Assembly: GCA_016748015.1 (NCBI GenBank)
Contig: JAAOMT010000575.1
Coordinates: 23,298 to 87,297, forward strand
Direction of reading: 5' to 3'
Length of the DNA stretch: 64,000 nucleotides
From: Geosiphon pyriformis uo1
Taxonomy: Eukaryota > Fungi > Glomeromycota
The notes beneath the pieces were generated by a model, which saw nothing but the letters and a program-made list of their open reading frames with translations, was not told where the DNA came from and did no database searches. How positions within the stretch are numbered: the stretch's first letter is position 1; every line of letters begins with the position of its first letter. The position numbers were made by a program, and so were the translations under genes. Shown one piece after another: positions 38,801-52,900 of this stretch.

Positions 38801-41800
38801 ATTATTAAGAGATAAACATAAATTAAATAAATCTAGAAATCATTTTAACACAGTTTTGTTACAGTGCTTCCAAAGTTTATTTGATATATTAAACAGTTTA
38901 ACAGCTTTGCTATCAGATAAACTATTGATAACCAGAACTAATTTTTGTAATTTGACTTTATATATAATCCTAAAAAATGTATTATCATTTTTATAGACCA
39001 AAAGTAAATATTGTTAAAGTTATAGACTAAATAATTTCTAAGATACAACTTTTTTTTTTATTTATTTTTCTATGATTTCATTAATCTTACTTCTATTTTT
39101 ATTTAGTTTTAAAACCAAATTCTCTTTAAAAACCAAGTAATTTAAAATAACTTTGTAAAAGAATTGTTCTAAAACACTTTTAATTATCTATCTTTTGTTT
39201 GAACAAAGATTTTTTATATACTGCTCAATTATTTTCTTTATTAATGCATTTTTTGTTGTCTTAGACTTATGGTATTTAGATTTTCTATATTTTTCCTAAC
39301 TATTAATAAATAATTAATAATAGCTATTATATTTATATTTTTTTGGACTATCTTTATAATCTTGAAAGCCTTTGTATTATTAACAGTTAACCAAATTTTG
39401 ATAAAATAATCAAATTTAAACATATTTTCCAAGCTTAAACTTTTTACAATCTTAGCAACAAGTAATTTTAACTTAAAAAACTTTGATGATTATTTGTTTT
39501 TTAAATAATTAAACTTATTATACTATTGTTTAAAAAATATTTCATTAGCTAAACTCACTATTATTTTTTTTAATATCTTTTATATTTTATTTAAATTACC
39601 AAAACTTTTAGCTTTCAAGAATCTATTACATAATTTCAATAATTTATTAGAAAAACACTTTTTAAAGCATGTTTATTTGATCTTATTTGCATTATTTATC
39701 TTGAATTTTTAGCAATTTTTATTAGTTTGTTTGCACATACTATTTAAATAAACATTTAAAAAACCATTTAGGCCAACCAAAACCAAAACTGTCTTGTAAT
39801 TAGTGTTAAAAAAGTCAGATACAAAGTTAATTCTATAACTAACAATCATAAATAACAAATTTTTACTTATAAAAATGTAGTCTATAATTTTTTTAACACT
39901 TTTAAAGTTATTTTAAGTTGAAATTTTAACTAAAAAATACCCACCAAAAAAATTAACCAAATTTAAATTCTTACAAAACTTAAAACTTGTACTTTTTTAG
40001 ACTTATTTTTATTGAAATTTTTACTTAAAACCACAAAAATATTAGAGTTAATTGCTTTAATAATAGAAAAATTGATTTTTAATGCTTAATCAAATCTAGT
40101 TTTAACAGAAACACAAATATACAAATCTAAAATTATAATTAAAAGTTTATTCTTGAATAAAAACTGTACTAAAATAATTTGACCAAAAATCTTCTTTACT
40201 TTTGAAACATATTAAGCCAGAAAATTGTTTATAATAATAGTTATTTCAATACCAAAAAAACTTTTAATTAAACCAGATGCCAAAATTTGCACTTTATTAA
40301 ACTTGTTTATAATACATAATCTAATATTTGATTTAAATTTTATTTTTTGTAATAATAGAAATTATATTATTTAAGTCTATATATTAATAAATAATATTAT
40401 TTTGTTTAGCAAAAACATTAATACTTTGAATATTACATATAGCAATTTTTCAGAACAGTTTAGTTATTGCTAAGTAGAAGTGTTCAAACTGAAATTCTTA
40501 TTTTTTACTTTGATCAATAGACTTATAACTATTTTTAACAGATTATTTATATTGTCTTTCAACTTAAAAACAATTAACAAATCAAAAAACTTTATTTCTG
40601 TAATAGTTTTATACTAGTGGTCACATTCAAACTTTTACTCATCACTGTATTTATTTTTTAATTTTGTAATAAAAAGGTTACCAATAGATAATATTTAAAT
40701 TTAGGCTGAAAAACTGTTAATCTAAGTATATTTAATCTCTTAACCAACTTATCAACTTGCTCTATAAAATTGATAAAACTGTACTCAAAAACAGTAATTC
40801 TTTTACTTATTTTTAATATAACCAGCAGAAGAGGTTTTTTTTCTAAAAAAAAGCCAATCTTTAAAAAACTATTTTATATAAGAAAAAAAAAATACAAAAA
40901 CCTACTGGTAATCTAAGCACAAATAATTAGTAATAAGCCAGTTTAGTACAAATTTACATTTTTAAAAACTAAAATAGAATCAATAGCAGCTTTTTTTAAT
41001 GCTTTATTAGTAAAATAAACAATTATATATTGATTACATTTATATAAACTTGAGTTACAGCCAATAAAACAAGTTTTTTTATAATATAATGTCAACAAAT
41101 CAAAAAAATTATAAACAATAATGCTAACTAGTAAGATATACAACAAAGCCCAATGTTAATTCTTAGATATTCATATTTATTTATTATTAACAGCTTTGAC
41201 TATATACACAAAATTTTTACCTATAAAAACTGATCACTTAGCCAAAACCAAATCAATTATATTAACAAATTTAAACTCAATTAAGACTTTTTGTCAAAAA
41301 CCAATAAGCTGTATCTTAATAAAAACAATTTTACCAAACTTAAAAAACACTGATTTCATAGCTAATTTGAGAAAATCAACTAGAATTTTTTTGATAATTA
41401 TTTTTTAATTTGTATAATTGTTTGTTTTTTAATATTAACAACAGCTTATTTTCAAAAATTTTATCAGGCATTACAGAAAGTTTAATATTCAATATGAAAA
41501 TTTTTTTAAATTAAAATTCTTAATTTTTTTGTTTTACAATTTAACTAATAGCAATTTTTAGAAATCATCAAACTTAAGCACTAAAACACTAATATGTCTT
41601 TATTATTACTTAATTTATTAAAAAAAAAGCATATTTAATAGCTGTTCTAAATATATATTCTAGTTTGCATCTTTTTTAGAGTTGTATTATTTATTATATT
41701 ATTTATTTCAAAAGTATTTAAATTTATGTAACTTGTTTTCTCTGCAATTGTGTTTTTTATGTTTTTTATATTTGATACTTTACTAATACTAGTTTTTTTA

Positions 41801-42110
41801 CTATATACTTTACTATTTTAAGATTTCTTATAATTATTTTTATTAGCTTATATTATGTTAATAAATAGAAAGCCAGCTAACAAGTTTATTATATTGTTAA
41901 TAGCTTTAAATTTTTTCAGCTTTTTGTATGAAAGACTATAAGAGTAAATACTTTTAATAATTTTTTTTTTTAATGCCAAACTGGATTTTCAATTCAGCTG
42001 AACTAAAACCAAAACTACTAACAAAAGAATTTATTAATTCTATAGTAGCAAATAAAAGTGTAATAAAAAAAATAACTGTAAAAACAAAAAAAAAAAAGAA
42101 AAAAAAGTAT
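35815..42110 (-). mobile_element. LINE copy C, near full length, extremely decayed
   Basis: Reverse complement of 41920-42050 aligns by eye to the ORF1 start at 56395-56540. C-terminal peptides (KFKVNIEKSG, ELYTILCKDFVFKN, KKKLYNKNY) match ORF2 of the plus-strand copies. 3' UTR remnant and (TAA)n tail at 35815-35910. Confidence 0.85.
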
Positions 42111-42574
42111 ATTTCTTTAACTATTTTATATTTTTACTATAATTAAAAAATCAATAAAAAAAAGAGTTTTTACTTTTTTAGTTTAATACTTGTAAAAAAT
42201 ATAATGAATATATTGAATATTTTAATTTAAAAAATAATTATTTATATTAATTAATACTATTTTTGTTTTAAAAATAATATATTTATTTATAACTAATTTT
42301 GTTAATTTTTAAATTAGTATTATTATAATAAATAATTAATTAGATTATTTATAATATTTTTTAAGTTATATATAATAAAAAAATTAATTATTAAAGATTA
42401 TTTTATATTAATTTTATAAGATATAAAATTATTATTTAAAACCTTGTTAATTATAAATAGTTAAAAAAAACTTCTTTCTTTCCTTCATCCCAAATTCCTA
42501 AAAAGAGTCAAAAGTTTTTTGAAAAAAGTTTTTTACAATTTAGTACAATAAATTTAAACTCTTTATTCTTGACT

Positions 42575-44377
42575 ATGAGATCACTGTTGGCTGTAGTATT
42601 GCTGTGATGAAGATGACTACTAAAGTTTCTGGTTTTAGTGGTGGTTTTAGACCTGTTTTTCTAAGAAAGAAAGAAAGAAGTGGTATTTTAGAAGATGATT
42701 CTGGTGGTAAAAGTATTGGTCTTAAAGTTCAAAATAATTGCTCATGGGGTTCTGAGACTGGTGACACCACCAAGTCTGAAAGTATTGACATGAAGAAGAA
42801 ATTTTTGGTGAAAGAAACCAGTTTTGATTATGGTGAAAGTGGTGTTCTTGCTAAGGAAGATAATGATCAAACACCTATGGACTCAAAAATCAAAATCATT
42901 AAGAAAAATTAATTTCTCACCAAACTGTGATGATGATGATGTGCTTTTAGATGCCCCACTGGTACTCCCTCCTCCTTTGAAAAACCTGGTCAACATTTCT
43001 GTTAAAAAATTTTTTACTCTAGATATTAGTTTGGACAATGTTGTTGGAAATTCAGTTCAGAAAAAACTTGTGGTAGTTAGAAAGCTGTTTTCAAAAATCA
43101 ATGGTTTTGGGGGGGCCTCTGCCCCCTCAAAATTTGCTAGAATCATCAGGATAACATTCACTTCTGAATTGAGTTTGGTGCAGGCTTCCAAAAAAACTAA
43201 AGATGTGAAAATCTTAGTAAACACCAATCTTAAGAAATCAACTGATTGTTCAGATTAGACTGTGGTGATAAAGAAAATTCTAGTTAGAATTTTGGCTGAA
43301 GCTATACATACTGCACTTTCTGTATTTGGTTCTGTTGTGTCAATCAAGATGCAGTTAATAGAACTATGGCAAAAGACTGTAATAGAGTTTGCCCAATCAA
43401 ATCAGGCTGATTTGGTCACAGCTTGATGGTCTATTTTAATTGAAAAAGATGCTGTGAGAGTGGCCAAAGCTAATTTGGACAAAGAATTATGAGATATGAG
43501 AGATCAGCATAGGGCTTTGCTCTATATACTTTCAATGGGCACCAATGTTTATGATATCTAAGACTTTATTGACTCTGTGGGTGGGAAAACGTGTGTCATT
43601 GATTAACACTCTGTTACATATGTCCAAGGCAGGTGTGCTGTTATTTGTTTTGACTTTGCTGCTTCAGTTAGTGCTATTATGGAGACTACACCTGTCTTAA
43701 AGGGCATTAATTTGCACTGGTCTTATCTGAGTTCTGCTAAGTGTACCAAATGTAAGAAATTGGGTCATACTTCTTTGAACTGTTTTGTAAGTGAGAAAGT
43801 TTTTCCTGGTGGTCCATCTCACAAAATATTGTCAGACGATGATAAAAGCTGACTGGCTTCTATTTATGCTAGATGCTCTGCTCCAATTTCCTGTTCTGTT
43901 TCTTTTGGTGGTACCTTCTGGGCCAATATCATTGGTGGGTCTTCATTCTCTCCTCTCTCTGCACACAATGGCTCAGCTGCTTCTGGTTTCTCTTTAGAGA
44001 TGAAACCTACCCTGCAAGTGTTTTTGGAATTAAATAATAAGTTTGCCGCACTTGAGCACAGTCTCGCTAGCTTCACAGAGTGTGTGGATAAGCTGGCTAA
44101 GAGATTGGATTCACCCGGACCAGCAGTTTCTCAGCTTAGCCCTGGATATCAGCTATTGGTGACTCCTTTATCACAAGATCAAGAGGTGGATGTAGTAATA
44201 TGTAAGGATTCAGATATAGCCACTAGTGGTGGGATTGTTGCAGATGCAGTGGGTTTCGATGCTTCTGTTATTTCGAAAATAGAGAAAACATTAAAGAATC
44301 TTTCTGTTACAGTTATAAGTCTTTTAGCTAAAATGGAAAATGATAGTTCAGTTCCTGCTATTCGTTCCTCCCAATAA
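42575..44377 (+). pseudogene. LINE A ORF1 (RRM-like region plus CCHC knuckle plus coiled coil)
   Basis: KINGFGGASAPSKF, CTKCKKLGHTSLNC, LEHSLASFTECVDKLAKRLD; internal stops. Confidence 0.85.
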
Positions 44378-47300
44378 GTAAGTTGATATAGAAATTTAGT
44401 ACATGTAATATCTGGGGCATCAATGTTCTTGCCAAGTAGGTGGATGTTGTGTGTTGACACATGAATTTTGGTAGTGTGGTGTCTTTTATTACAGAAACTA
44501 AATTGAGGTCCAGCATCAAGCCATAGATTGCTAATAAGTTTGAGGGTGTGCATATTTTTACGTCAGGTCTGGATAAAGGTTTTCTTGGTGCTAAGATGAC
44601 TGTTATCATGAACAATTCTTTGGCTTGATATGTGTCTAAGGTTGAGGAAATGTCTGGTTGGGTTATTTTAGTGTAACTTTTGTTTAAGAGCAAGCTTTCA
44701 ATGACAGTTCTGGGTTTGTACATTGGTGTCTCTTCTGGGACTAGATTTGGTCAGACTTTGGAGATGAACTCTTTGATTGCAAAGACTGTTAACTCTAGTA
44801 TCTTTGTGGTTCTGAGTGGAAATTTTAATGAAGATGGGTATGGGAGAAGTGCAACTTTCAAGTTCTGTTTAAATTTGGGTTTGGTCAACTTGTTTGCCAA
44901 CCATTAATTGTTAAAGGCTTCCATATAAAGCAACTCAAGAGGGGTTGAGAAGACAATTGATTACATTTTTATCAGTGGGAACTTATTATCTGCTGTTTCA
45001 GGTCATCAGATATGCTCTACTTCTGGTTTTTTTGACACAGATCATAAGGCCATTTTGGTCTTGATTGGCTTGGGTAGACTTTTGGATACTTGTTTAAACA
45101 GCTTGCACAAACAGACAAACAAAGATTGTTGGAAGTTTAAAATCAAAGATGCTAATAGACCCAAGTGGACTGGATTTAGGGATTGCCTTTCTGCCAAGCT
45201 TTTGGTGGTTGCTGATAATTTTCTTGGTGCTGAGACTTATGATAATGTGAATACTATATGAACAATCTTGGAGAGAATGGTGGTAGAATTAGCTGACTTG
45301 ACATTTTTGAGACATTGGTTTAGTGAATTTCATTGTTCTAAGAATAAATTTTCTTCTAAGTTCTTTGGTTTGAAATTGTTGATTGCCAAAATTGTTAAAA
45401 AGTTTGGTTCGGGTAACTTGTCTGGTCTTGATTGTCTTGTGAGGACATGGTTGACTTTGAATAGAGTCAAGGCTCATGATTTTGCTGACTTGGTCAGCTT
45501 GGGTGTAAAGTCTGAAATGGTTCTTGGTTATTTATTATTGGTTTGTAAGGAATACAGAAAGTCTAAGATATATAAGTCAAGATTGGCTAAAGAGGCTTCT
45601 ATTAGGTCAGCAGTCTTTAAGTGCATGGAAAATTTCTGTTCTAACAAAGGTAGCATGATTAAAAGTATTTTGGATTAGCCTTTTCACAAAGTAGTTCTAG
45701 ATTACTTAGTAATGGATGACAAATTAATTCTAAAACCCAAAGAAGTAAAGCTCAATATTAATAAGATCATGGAGGAGTGGACTAGAAAATGGGCAGTATC
45801 TTTAGTAATGCCTGATTTTTGGGCTTGTCAGTATGCCTCATTGGATTATGTACAGGATTGTGCTTTTTTTGATGTGATAAGTGCTGTTGATTTGAGTGAG
45901 TTGCTCTTGGTTGTTGATGGTCTGCTTAATAATAAAGCTGTTGACTTGTCTGACATCTCTAATGAACTTTGGAAGCATGATGATAATAGAGTGTTGAGAT
46001 ATCTCTTGAAATTGTTGAATGCATGTTTGTTGGTTGGTAGTATTCCTGTTTTATGAAGGAGGGCTTGGGTCTTGATAATTCCTAAACCTTATGATTGGAA
46101 TGGGGTTCTTACAAATACACGGCCTATAGCTTTGATTCAGACTGTCAGGAAAATAAGATCTTTTTTGCATGCAGCAAGTTTAGTATTCTTCGTGGTGATA
46201 ACTTTTCTGTTTTAAAGGATATGTCTACTCAATCTCCTGTGTTTGTAGTTGGTTCAGTTGTTGAAGATGCTTTGAAAAAGAGTTATGAATTTTGGTTGGT
46301 TCTGTAGAACATGTGCAAAGCCTATAATTCTGTGAGTTGGCATCACTTGGAGGCTAGCTTACATCAGATCAAAATGTGTGATAGATTCATCAGATTTTTT
46401 GGTGGCATATACAGTGATAGAATTAATAAGGTTATAACCAATTTTAGTCTTACTGATGAATACAGGATTTATGATGGCTTAGATTAGGGTGAAGTCTTTT
46501 TACCTCTTCTTTAGAGGATTTTTTACGATCCTTTTCTTTGTGAGGTTAAGAGACATGAGCATTTGTGTGGTTATTAAATTGATATTAAGTTTGTGGCAAG
46601 AACTGGTAGGATTGAAAATAGTGGTGAGTTATTTTCATTTTTTGCTGTAAGTGCATTTGTGAATGATACTATCTGGATTGGTGATTGTCAAATGTCAATG
46701 CAGTATGTTCTGAATATTGCTAGTGAGTTTTTTGCAATCAATGACATTTCTATCAACAATAAAAAGACTGTAACTATCCCTATTAATCAAGATGTTAAGG
46801 TAGCTTCTTTGAGCATAAGTGGTCAGCCAATTTCAATTGCTAGAAAGGGTAAAACTTATAGGTACCTGAGTATTTTTTTATCCATTGAAGAGTTGTCTAA
46901 GTTGAGTGTGGTAAAAGCTCATTCTGATGTGCACTTTTTTGTCAATGTGGTGCTCAGAAAAGTTATTACTAACAAGCAGTTCTCTTATTTGGTCTTGGCT
47001 GTTCTGTAGCTTATTGTTAACTATAGGACCCAGTTTAGTTTTGTTTCAGTGAGAGTTTGCCACAAGTGGGATGCTATGGTTTGGAAGGGTCTTAGATCCA
47101 AAGCACATTTGTCACGTGATTTTCTAGTTGAAGTGTTACATTACCCCTCACTATATGGCTTGAAATCTTTTGAGCAATTGCAATCAGAGTGTAAATTGGC
47201 TGCTATGGTTTTATTTTCCAATGCCTTTAGTATTCTCAGGCATTTATTCAATCATAGATTTTTAGATTTGCAGGTTTTGGGTTGGGTTTTGCTGAACCCC

Positions 47301-49020
47301 TTACAGTTTCCCATCAAGTTATATGTTAGTCTTGTGAACAATTTTTGACTGGTATGGTCAAAATTTTCTTGAATAATGAACTGTCTCTGGCTAACAATCT
47401 GCCAAGTGCTTTTCATGGTCCTGGTGTGTTTCCTATATCTTCTGTGTTGGGAAATGCTCTTTACTTTAGCTCAGTTTGCTCATTGAAACATTTTGGTGTT
47501 GCTTTTGGTGATAGGCTGTTTGATAAGAAGAGTCGTGTGATGGATTGAAAGATCTTTCATCATTGGAAGAGATTGGATCTGAGAGGCCCTGTTTTTTTTT
47601 GGTTTTTGGCTGTTTCAAAGTTTTTGATAAATGTGGACTCTTTATTAGTTGTCCCTGCTGAGAGCAGTTTTCTATTTGAACTAGATGTTCTGGATTCCGT
47701 GGAGTTTTCTGCTGTTCAAAGTAGTTTGCATAAAATATGGTCCAGTTCATTTGATGTTTACACAGATAGTTCATTGAGAGATGCTGAAACTGCTGATGTT
47801 ACTAGTGGTGCAGCTGCATATTTTTTATCTGTGAATCTGAGTGTTGATGTTAGGGTTTGTGGTTTATTGTCTTCTACTTTATTTGAGTTGCAGGTGGTTG
47901 CTTTGGTATTGGAGTGTGTTCCATCCTCTTGTGCAGTGACATTGTATCTTGACAGCCAGGCTGCCATTGATGCATGTGTATCTGAAGTGTCTTTGGCCAT
48001 GTCTGATTTTCATGTTTCATGCTGGATAGAGAGACGTCACATTTTTAATTTGATTAATGATAAAGATCTTGTTGTAAAATAGGTAAAGATCAAGGGCCAT
48101 TCTGGGGTTGTGAGTAATGTGGAGGTTAATGCTACTGCTAGTTGTGCTGTATGTTCTAAGTTCTCTTTACCAATGGGAGTGCATGAGCACTTTCTGGTGG
48201 CTAAAGCTACAGCTGTGTCTGACAATGCCCATCATTTTGTTAGGGACATGTTTTGGTCTATCTGTTGTGCTCATTGAGAGACCAGTCCTGGCCAAGACAT
48301 TGTTCTAAGCAATCTGATTGGGTGTGTGGACTGGAATGCTACAGCTGAAGTATGGTATCCTGACTCTAATATGCTTACTGGCTTTACTAGTCAAAAATCT
48401 TCTGGTCTGCATACATATCTGATGAAAGCTGTGCACTGATACCTGCCTGTTGTGATTAGAAAGAGATTATATAATAGAAAATATTCTGGTGTGCTGTGCT
48501 TGTTGTATAGTGAAGTGAAACTGCCTGATTATGTTTTTACTTGTACGGTGGATGCTGGAGTTTGAAAGGAGGTTTTGGTGGAAGCTTCTGTGCTGTGGAT
48601 TTCTTTGTTGGGTGTTATTTGCTTAGCCTCTTCTGCTGTGTTGCAGGATCTTGGTTGGTGCTCTTTGGATGTTGGTTTGTACTCAGTTTTGTGCAAGGAG
48701 TTTGTGCTTAGGAACTGGTGTGAGGAAGCCACAGAGGGTTTTGATAAAAAAAAGGAGACTTTCTGCATAATTGTTGGGTTTATTAGGCAGTTGGCTGAGT
48801 TGTATTGCTCTAAAATTTGGCTGGCAAGATGTAAACATAGAGCAAAAATGGAGAGGGCTTGGTTTTGGGTTTGTTATGTTGTGTCAAGTATTTGCTATCG
48901 GAGAGAGTAGTTAAAATACTCAGTATTATTGAGTCTTATGCTGTTAGTTTTGGCCATTGTTGATTCTGTCCTTTTTTTACAGGTTTAGATTGTGATCTCT
49001 GTGTTGTTTTAGGTGTGTAG
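44374..49020 (+). pseudogene. LINE A ORF2 (AP endonuclease, RT, RNase H, C-terminal Cys/His motif)
   Basis: TCNIWGIN, TETKL, GNFNE, TIDYIF, TDHKA; RPIAL, MCKAYNSV, GLD*GEVFLPLL, AFVNDT (FVDD); VYTDSSL, ELQVV, LDSQAAID, KIKGHSGVVSN. Confidence 0.93.
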
Positions 49021-49279
49021 TGTTGCTTTGTCTGGCTTGAGTGGCTAATCATATGTAGTAAATGTATGAGTCATGTCTAAAGTTGGCCACTTAGTTTGGT
49101 TTTGTGTACTAGATAGTGATTGGACTTCACTTGTTAAAAGCTAATATAAAAAAAATAAATAATTAGTTATTTATTAATTAAAAAACTTATTTTCATAAAT
49201 ATTATTTCTGTTTAAATAGTATTTTAAAAATAAATTATCAATACTTAAAAAAAAAATTTTAAAAAATTTTGTATAATAT

Positions 49280-49891
49280 GAATTATATATATAGTAAGAG
49301 TATTAGAAGCAAAAAAAAAACAAATAATTTAGTTTAAAACAACAATACTCTTCTCTTTAAAAGATAATTTTTTATAACTTAAAGTAAAATTATACTTATA
49401 TTAATAAAATATTTATTATTATCTAAATCTATATTATTATTACTTAATTAAAGAAATATTAATATATTCTACACTATCAACACTTTATGTTAATAAAAGA
49501 CAATACTTAATTACACTAAATCAATAGTTTTTGATTATAACTATTAACAAAATACTAATTTTTTTTTTTTTTTTATTTATTATTTTTTTTGTTGTTTAAT
49601 AATTTATTAAAAAGATTAAGTACTAAATAATTGATATCAAGAATAGTCTGATAAAAAACTTAAGAACAAAGATAAAAAACTTGAAAATAACTTACAAAAA
49701 AGATACAATTATCAGAATAAACTAATTATCACACTAAAAAAAAATTCACAAAAAAAACTATCAATTAAATTTTTGTTTATTATACAAAGAACTTAATTAA
49801 AACCTTCAAAGATTACTATTATCAATAATTATTGAGCATCAAGCTATGATTTTATTATTTGTTTTAATATTCCAAATAATTATTTGTAACA
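49280..49891 (+). repeat. Fourth, highly decayed LTR copy of the Gypsy family in the opposite orientation
   Basis: Reverse complement of LTR blocks (gtattagaag, ttctacactatcaacact, tcaagaatagtctgataaaa, caaataattatttgtaaca); no PBS follows. Confidence 0.75.
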
Positions 49892-49949
49892 ATAACTAAA
49901 ACAAAGGGTAAAAAAACTGTAACTAGTACTTTTTTTTGGTATCTTACAA

Positions 49950-52900
49950 AATTTCAATCAAAGAAGTTTTTTTTGGTATAAAAACAGATAATTAAAACAT
50001 TTTAGAAGCTTTTTTTTAGCTAATAATAATGAAAAACTATTTTTAATAGCCACTAAAGTATTTTTTTATCTTTGGCTGATTTTTTATTAGTCAAAATTTT
50101 CTCAAAAAAACACACTTAAATTAGTTCTAATGTTGTTTTTATCTTTTTTAAAAGCCCTAAAGTTTTTAATAATAAATTAATTAACAAACTGGTTTTTTTT
50201 ACTATAGTTTTTACATTTAATGTCTTTAATACTATTTTTTTAAAAATAATAATCAAAAAAACCAAAGTTTCAAAAAAGTAAAAGCAACTGTTTACTTTTA
50301 TTATTGTTACACTAAATCTCTTTTTGGTTTTTAATAAAATTTTAAATAAGATTTCTGTTATATTATTTAGCATATTGTCTAAGATAAGCCAAGATTAATT
50401 ACTGGTTATATTGTTAAATATGACTTTTTTTGGCAGATTATTACTGGTTTTTAAAACAAAACAACAATTTTCTATTGGAATACTTGTTTTTAGAAACTGG
50501 ACTAATCAAATAGAAATTGATTTATCTTTTTTGTTATTTTTTTAATGCTGTTGCTAGTGGTGCTTAAGAAATCAAATCTAGTTATTAAAAGTTTACAGAA
50601 TAAATAATCTTTACTTTGGTGCTTAATACTACTTTTAAGTTTAAATTAGTTTATATTAAGACTGTTTTCTAATTAGTACATGGTTTTTTAAGTGTGAAGT
50701 TAATGTTAAAAAACAATATAAAGCTTTTTTGTGTAAAGTTTGTTTCTCAAGAGTTTTTGGAAACTGTTTTTTTAGTTAAGTTTACAAGTTTTATTTATTT
50801 AACCACTCTTAAAATTGCTAAATCTTTGGTAGTTTTTAAGACTGGTTCTTTTTTTGCTGTTGTTGTATTGAATAATATGTCTTTAAGTATATCTGTTGCT
50901 AATATTAGAACAGCTTTTAATGTGTTTAATAAGATTATCTATGTTGTATTAAAGTCTGTTAGTGTTTGGTAATACATGATTATTTATTTTAAAAACTAAA
51001 TTCTGCTGTATTTGCTTTAAGTTATTGATCAGTTTTAGTAGATAAAGATAATATTAAGATTCTTTTCTTGATAAATCAAAATAAAATTATTCTGTTTTGT
51101 AATTAGTTTAAGACCAAATTGGTCAACTTTTTTTTTGGCTGTACTGCTTTTAAAATCAGTAACATATTTTCCCAAATTAGTAGTTAAACATGTTTTATTT
51201 CTTATTTTTTTAATTCTGGTTATTATTTTTAATTTGTATTGATTATATTTAAATTTCAAGTTGATTTATATGCTGTGATTATCAAAACTGGTATATTAAA
51301 AAAGTGCTGTATCTAATAGAAAATCTTTAATTATCAATGTTATTTTAGGTATTAAAAAGTAAACTATTTAATTATGGACTGTAAGATATCTTCACCTCTT
51401 TCTTTTAAAAGTCCTAAGATTTTTAAGGTGTTTACACTACATTTTGTAAGTACTAAGTCTTATGTCAAAACTTTTGCTTTTTTAAGCTCTTCTAAATTTT
51501 TATTTCTAATAATTTTTGTCTTCTTTTTTGTAATTATTGGTAATTCTTTGATGTTTTTTTAGTTGTCTTCTTTGAAATCTAATTTGTCTAAACTTTTTAT
51601 ATTAATTCGATTAATTGTTAAGTCTGTTAGCTCTTTGATTACTGTATTTAAACAAATTATTAAAGATAATTTGGTTTTAAGCAGTGTTTTTAGTTTTAAG
51701 ATTTAATAAACTTATAGTTTATTTGGGTTTGTTTAGAAAAGTTATTGATATGTTGAAAAAAAAGTAGTTTTGTTAAAAAAAAAGTATTGTATAGATAATA
51801 TTAACATGTCTAATAATTTGAATCTTTTAGTTAATATTAATAATAAAACATTTTTTTAATTTAATGTTTCTTTGGGCACATAAACCTAATAATATTAAAA
51901 CTGTTTTCTTAAAAACAGCTAAATAGTTAATCAAATTGGTTTTTTATAGTATTAAATTATTTAATGTAATTTAAAGAATGTCAGCTTTGAATAAGTTTAC
52001 TTTTATTGTATCAATATAATATAATTTAAACTGGTTCAAGTAGCTAGTTATATATAAAAAACATATAAATTACATTTAATCTTAGAATACTTAGTTTGTT
52101 TTCAATTTTTAGATAGTAGTTAAACTGTGCCTATTAAATCTTAATAATAATAAAAAATAACAAATAAAGTTTAATTACTATCTAGTATATAAAACTAAAC
52201 TAAATGATTTAAATTAAATACAATTTACACTTTTACTATATGTGACCAGCAACTTAAGCCAAATAAAGCTATACTATACACCTATATAAACCCTAATTTT
52301 ATTATTTAATTCTAAGAAAAAAGGCATAATTTACATTTAGCAAAATTAATAATAAAAGATTTATTTATATTTAGTATATATATTATGTTATCAAAAAGTT
52401 TAAACACTATTTTATATGATAAACCAAACTTTTATATGTTTTCAAAATTTATTAATAGAATTTTAGCTGTTTTTGGCATATATTTGATAAAAGCAGTTTA
52501 TAAAAGGCTTTTAATTATGATTAAAAAAAACTTTATAATAAAAGTTATTTAAATGTTTTGTGTTTAATATGTAATAATATTAAACTATCTAATTATGTTT
52601 TTATGTATTCAAAAAATGTCTTTGTTTATTCTAAAATTTTGCTGGATCATATTGATTTGTTAAAATCTTTGATGAAACTTTATTTTCTGTTATTATTCTT
52701 AGTATTGTATATTTATTCTTTGAAAATTTTGTGTAAAAACTTTGTTTTTAAGAACTAGACTGATAAGGCAGTATTAATTTTTAATAATAAAAAGAAAACT
52801 GTTTTAGTAGTAGTTAATTTTGTTTATTATTGATCAAAAAACATTGTAGTAAGTTATAGTTATTTAGATTAAAATTTAGAGCAAATATAAAAAAAAGTAA

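Larger units (their letters stand above)
42480..49160 (+). mobile_element. LINE (non-LTR retrotransposon) copy A, full length, decayed
   Basis: ORF1 plus ORF2 with APE-RT-RNaseH-Zn domains, conserved 3' UTR at 49020-49145 and A-rich tail. Confidence 0.95.

Noticed and set aside
43864-48768. Antisense ORFs over the LINE (e.g. 44179..44553, 47466..47774) and similar ones over the Gypsy element
   Set aside because: Shadow frames of decayed coding sequence with no independent motifs.
42575-49020. Alternative genetic code or stop readthrough to explain the many in-frame TGA/TAG/TAA codons
   Set aside because: Stops fall at different positions in sister copies, come with frameshifts and catalytic-site damage, and intact genes end normally at TGA/TAA; mutation explains them.
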